The position numbers and the translations under genes were made by a program. Below the pieces are notes generated by a model. It did no database searches and had not been told where the DNA came from. It saw only the letters and a program-made list of their open reading frames with translations. A DNA stretch of 63,949 bases, the filler included, from Octopus bimaculoides (Eukaryota): the NCBI RefSeq assembly GCF_001194135.2. It is 6 parts of 6 records of this genome, joined end to end, with 100 filler letters (N's around TTAATTAATTAA, not from the genome) between each part and the next. Parts side by side here need not be neighbours in the genome. Positions count along the whole stretch, not along the records: positions 62,358 to 63,949 come from NW_026363280.1; 5 more parts are not named here. One strand, written 5' to 3'. Shown piece after piece: positions 62,358-63,949 of the stretch; the stretch's first letter is position 1, and the number at the start of each line of letters is the position of its first letter.

Positions 62358-63822
62358 TCATTCATGTTAAGGAAGTCTGAAGGATATCTCACTGATTCAC
62401 AAGGAAATAGAAAAAAACAACAAAAAAATTACTCACTGTCTCGTTGTGGATGACTTGAAACTATATGCCAATAATATGCATGAGATGAAAAAGACTCTTG
62501 ACCTTATTAAGACATGGAGTTTGGTCGAGATAAACGTTGCTATATGGTTTTGAAAAGAGGGAAAACGGTAAACCAGACTAGCAACATCTCCATCAATGAC
62601 TTACTTGTTTTCCCTGTATCCGATGAAGAATGTTACAGGTGTCTAAAGGTAGACAAAAACATATCTTATGATGGCACCTGTAACAAGACACATGTCACTA
62701 AAGAATATTACTGCCGAACAAAGAAAATATGGACCTCGGAACTCTGCAATCAATAAAACAGTGGCCTACAATGTGTTTGCAGTGCCAGTACTCATACCAG
62801 CATTTGGGTTACTTGAATGGACGCTTGATGAGATCCGAGCCATTGATGTGAAATCCCGGAAGAAAGTAATCAGCACACATATTTTCCACATCAACAGCGA
62901 TGTAGATTGCCTCTACCTAAAACGAAAACAAGGCAGGCAGAGGCTTAACATCGATCCAGACTGCCTTCGAATGTCGTATCATATCCTTTTGGCAACATCA
63001 TTTGAGCACCAAGTGTCGAAGTGCATCCCTTGACCAAGTTTGCATACATGATGAGACCAACATCATGAGATTTGGAAAGTAGCTCCTTGAGCAGCATTAC
63101 TTGTCTGATAACCTTAAACACATGCAGCATATCTAGAGCAACACGTCATCAGATGAAAGGATGAGCGTATATCAGCAGAAAGCCATACATGGATTGCAGC
63201 GGAAGCTCCGGGATAATAACATTGATCATCAAAGCAGTCTATCATGGACCAACAGCCAGATTACAAACTCTTAACCTGAAGGGCATGCGTTTGCAATCCA
63301 GGAACAGGGAATATCAACCTGATGCATAAAATGAACAAAGATGCAGGAGCATCAGTAAAATATGACAACCGATGCAAACTTTGTGGAGTTAACACCGAAA
63401 ATATCACCCACATCATGAGCAGTTCTCCTAAAATGTCATCACAGCATTATCTACCGATGAGATACAATGTAGCTAAGACACTGTTTAATGAGATCCGTCG
63501 GAAGGATAACCCAGAGGCCAAAGGAATAAGAACCTACAGTATGGTAAACGCCATAGCCACTCATAATAAGAAGCACTACTGGTGGAATGTCCCAGTGAAA
63601 ACTTTTATAAAATGTAAACTTAACAGACGTGACATAGTGATTTGGGATAGAGAAGAGAAACTGTGTACAATTGCGGAAATCAGCTGCCCATCGGATGCTA
63701 ACATAAAGCTAAAGATCACCGAAAGAGAAAATACCTACGCTGAACTATAAGTTCTGATTTATATCTGTAGTTATTGGGACACTGGGATATGTAACACATT
63801 GCCTAAATACTAATCTTGAGAA
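62358..63822 (+). mobile_element. Dong/R4-clade non-LTR retrotransposon, degenerate RT C-terminus, CCHC finger and restriction-like endonuclease
   Basis: ITHCLVVDDLKLYA; KTVAYNVFAVPVL; LYLKRKQGRQRL; RCKLCGVNTENITHIMS; NRRDIVIWDREEKLCTIAEISCPSD; VVIGTLGYV. Multiple frameshifts and stops. Confidence 0.88.
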
Positions 63823-63909
63823 GTTTTATTTACGGTAAGTTGTTTATATATTCGTGCGACTTATATTTATAGCCTTTCTTCTTTCTCCTTTTTTCTATCT
63901 CTGTCTCTC

Positions 63910-63949
<40 letters not shown>

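Overview
AT-rich, microsatellite-saturated eukaryotic DNA from a gappy draft assembly. The SINE families resemble those I recall from octopod genomes, so Octopus sp. is likely (inference, not a database match). The window is six sequence blocks joined by artificial 100-bp spacers (44 N + TTAATTAATTAA + 44 N). The only host coding sequence I can support is three in-frame, GT-AG-bounded minus-strand exons (48409-48506, 46578-46703, 44299-44505). They encode the second half of a PX domain plus its downstream linker, most similar to sorting nexin-19; the ORF track misses two of them. The rest is transposon debris: at least five tRNA-derived SINE families, Dong/R4, Tx1/L1 and RTE non-LTR fragments, Penelope-like (PLE) RT and GIY-YIG fragments, a solo LTR, a Helitron end and several MITEs. 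The most notable signal is eight minimal type-I hammerhead-ribozyme motifs from several repeat families. Two sit in a SINE-like element that joins a tRNA-like Pol III head, an (AAT)n spacer and a PLE-type hammerhead, present as a head-to-head inverted pair at 31491-32072. Another, with a variant CUGUGGA core, lies in sense orientation in an intron of the SNX19-like gene. Most motifs carry mutations, and activity is untested. No prokaryotic-type system or CRISPR array is present. SINE coordinates are approximate, read by eye.
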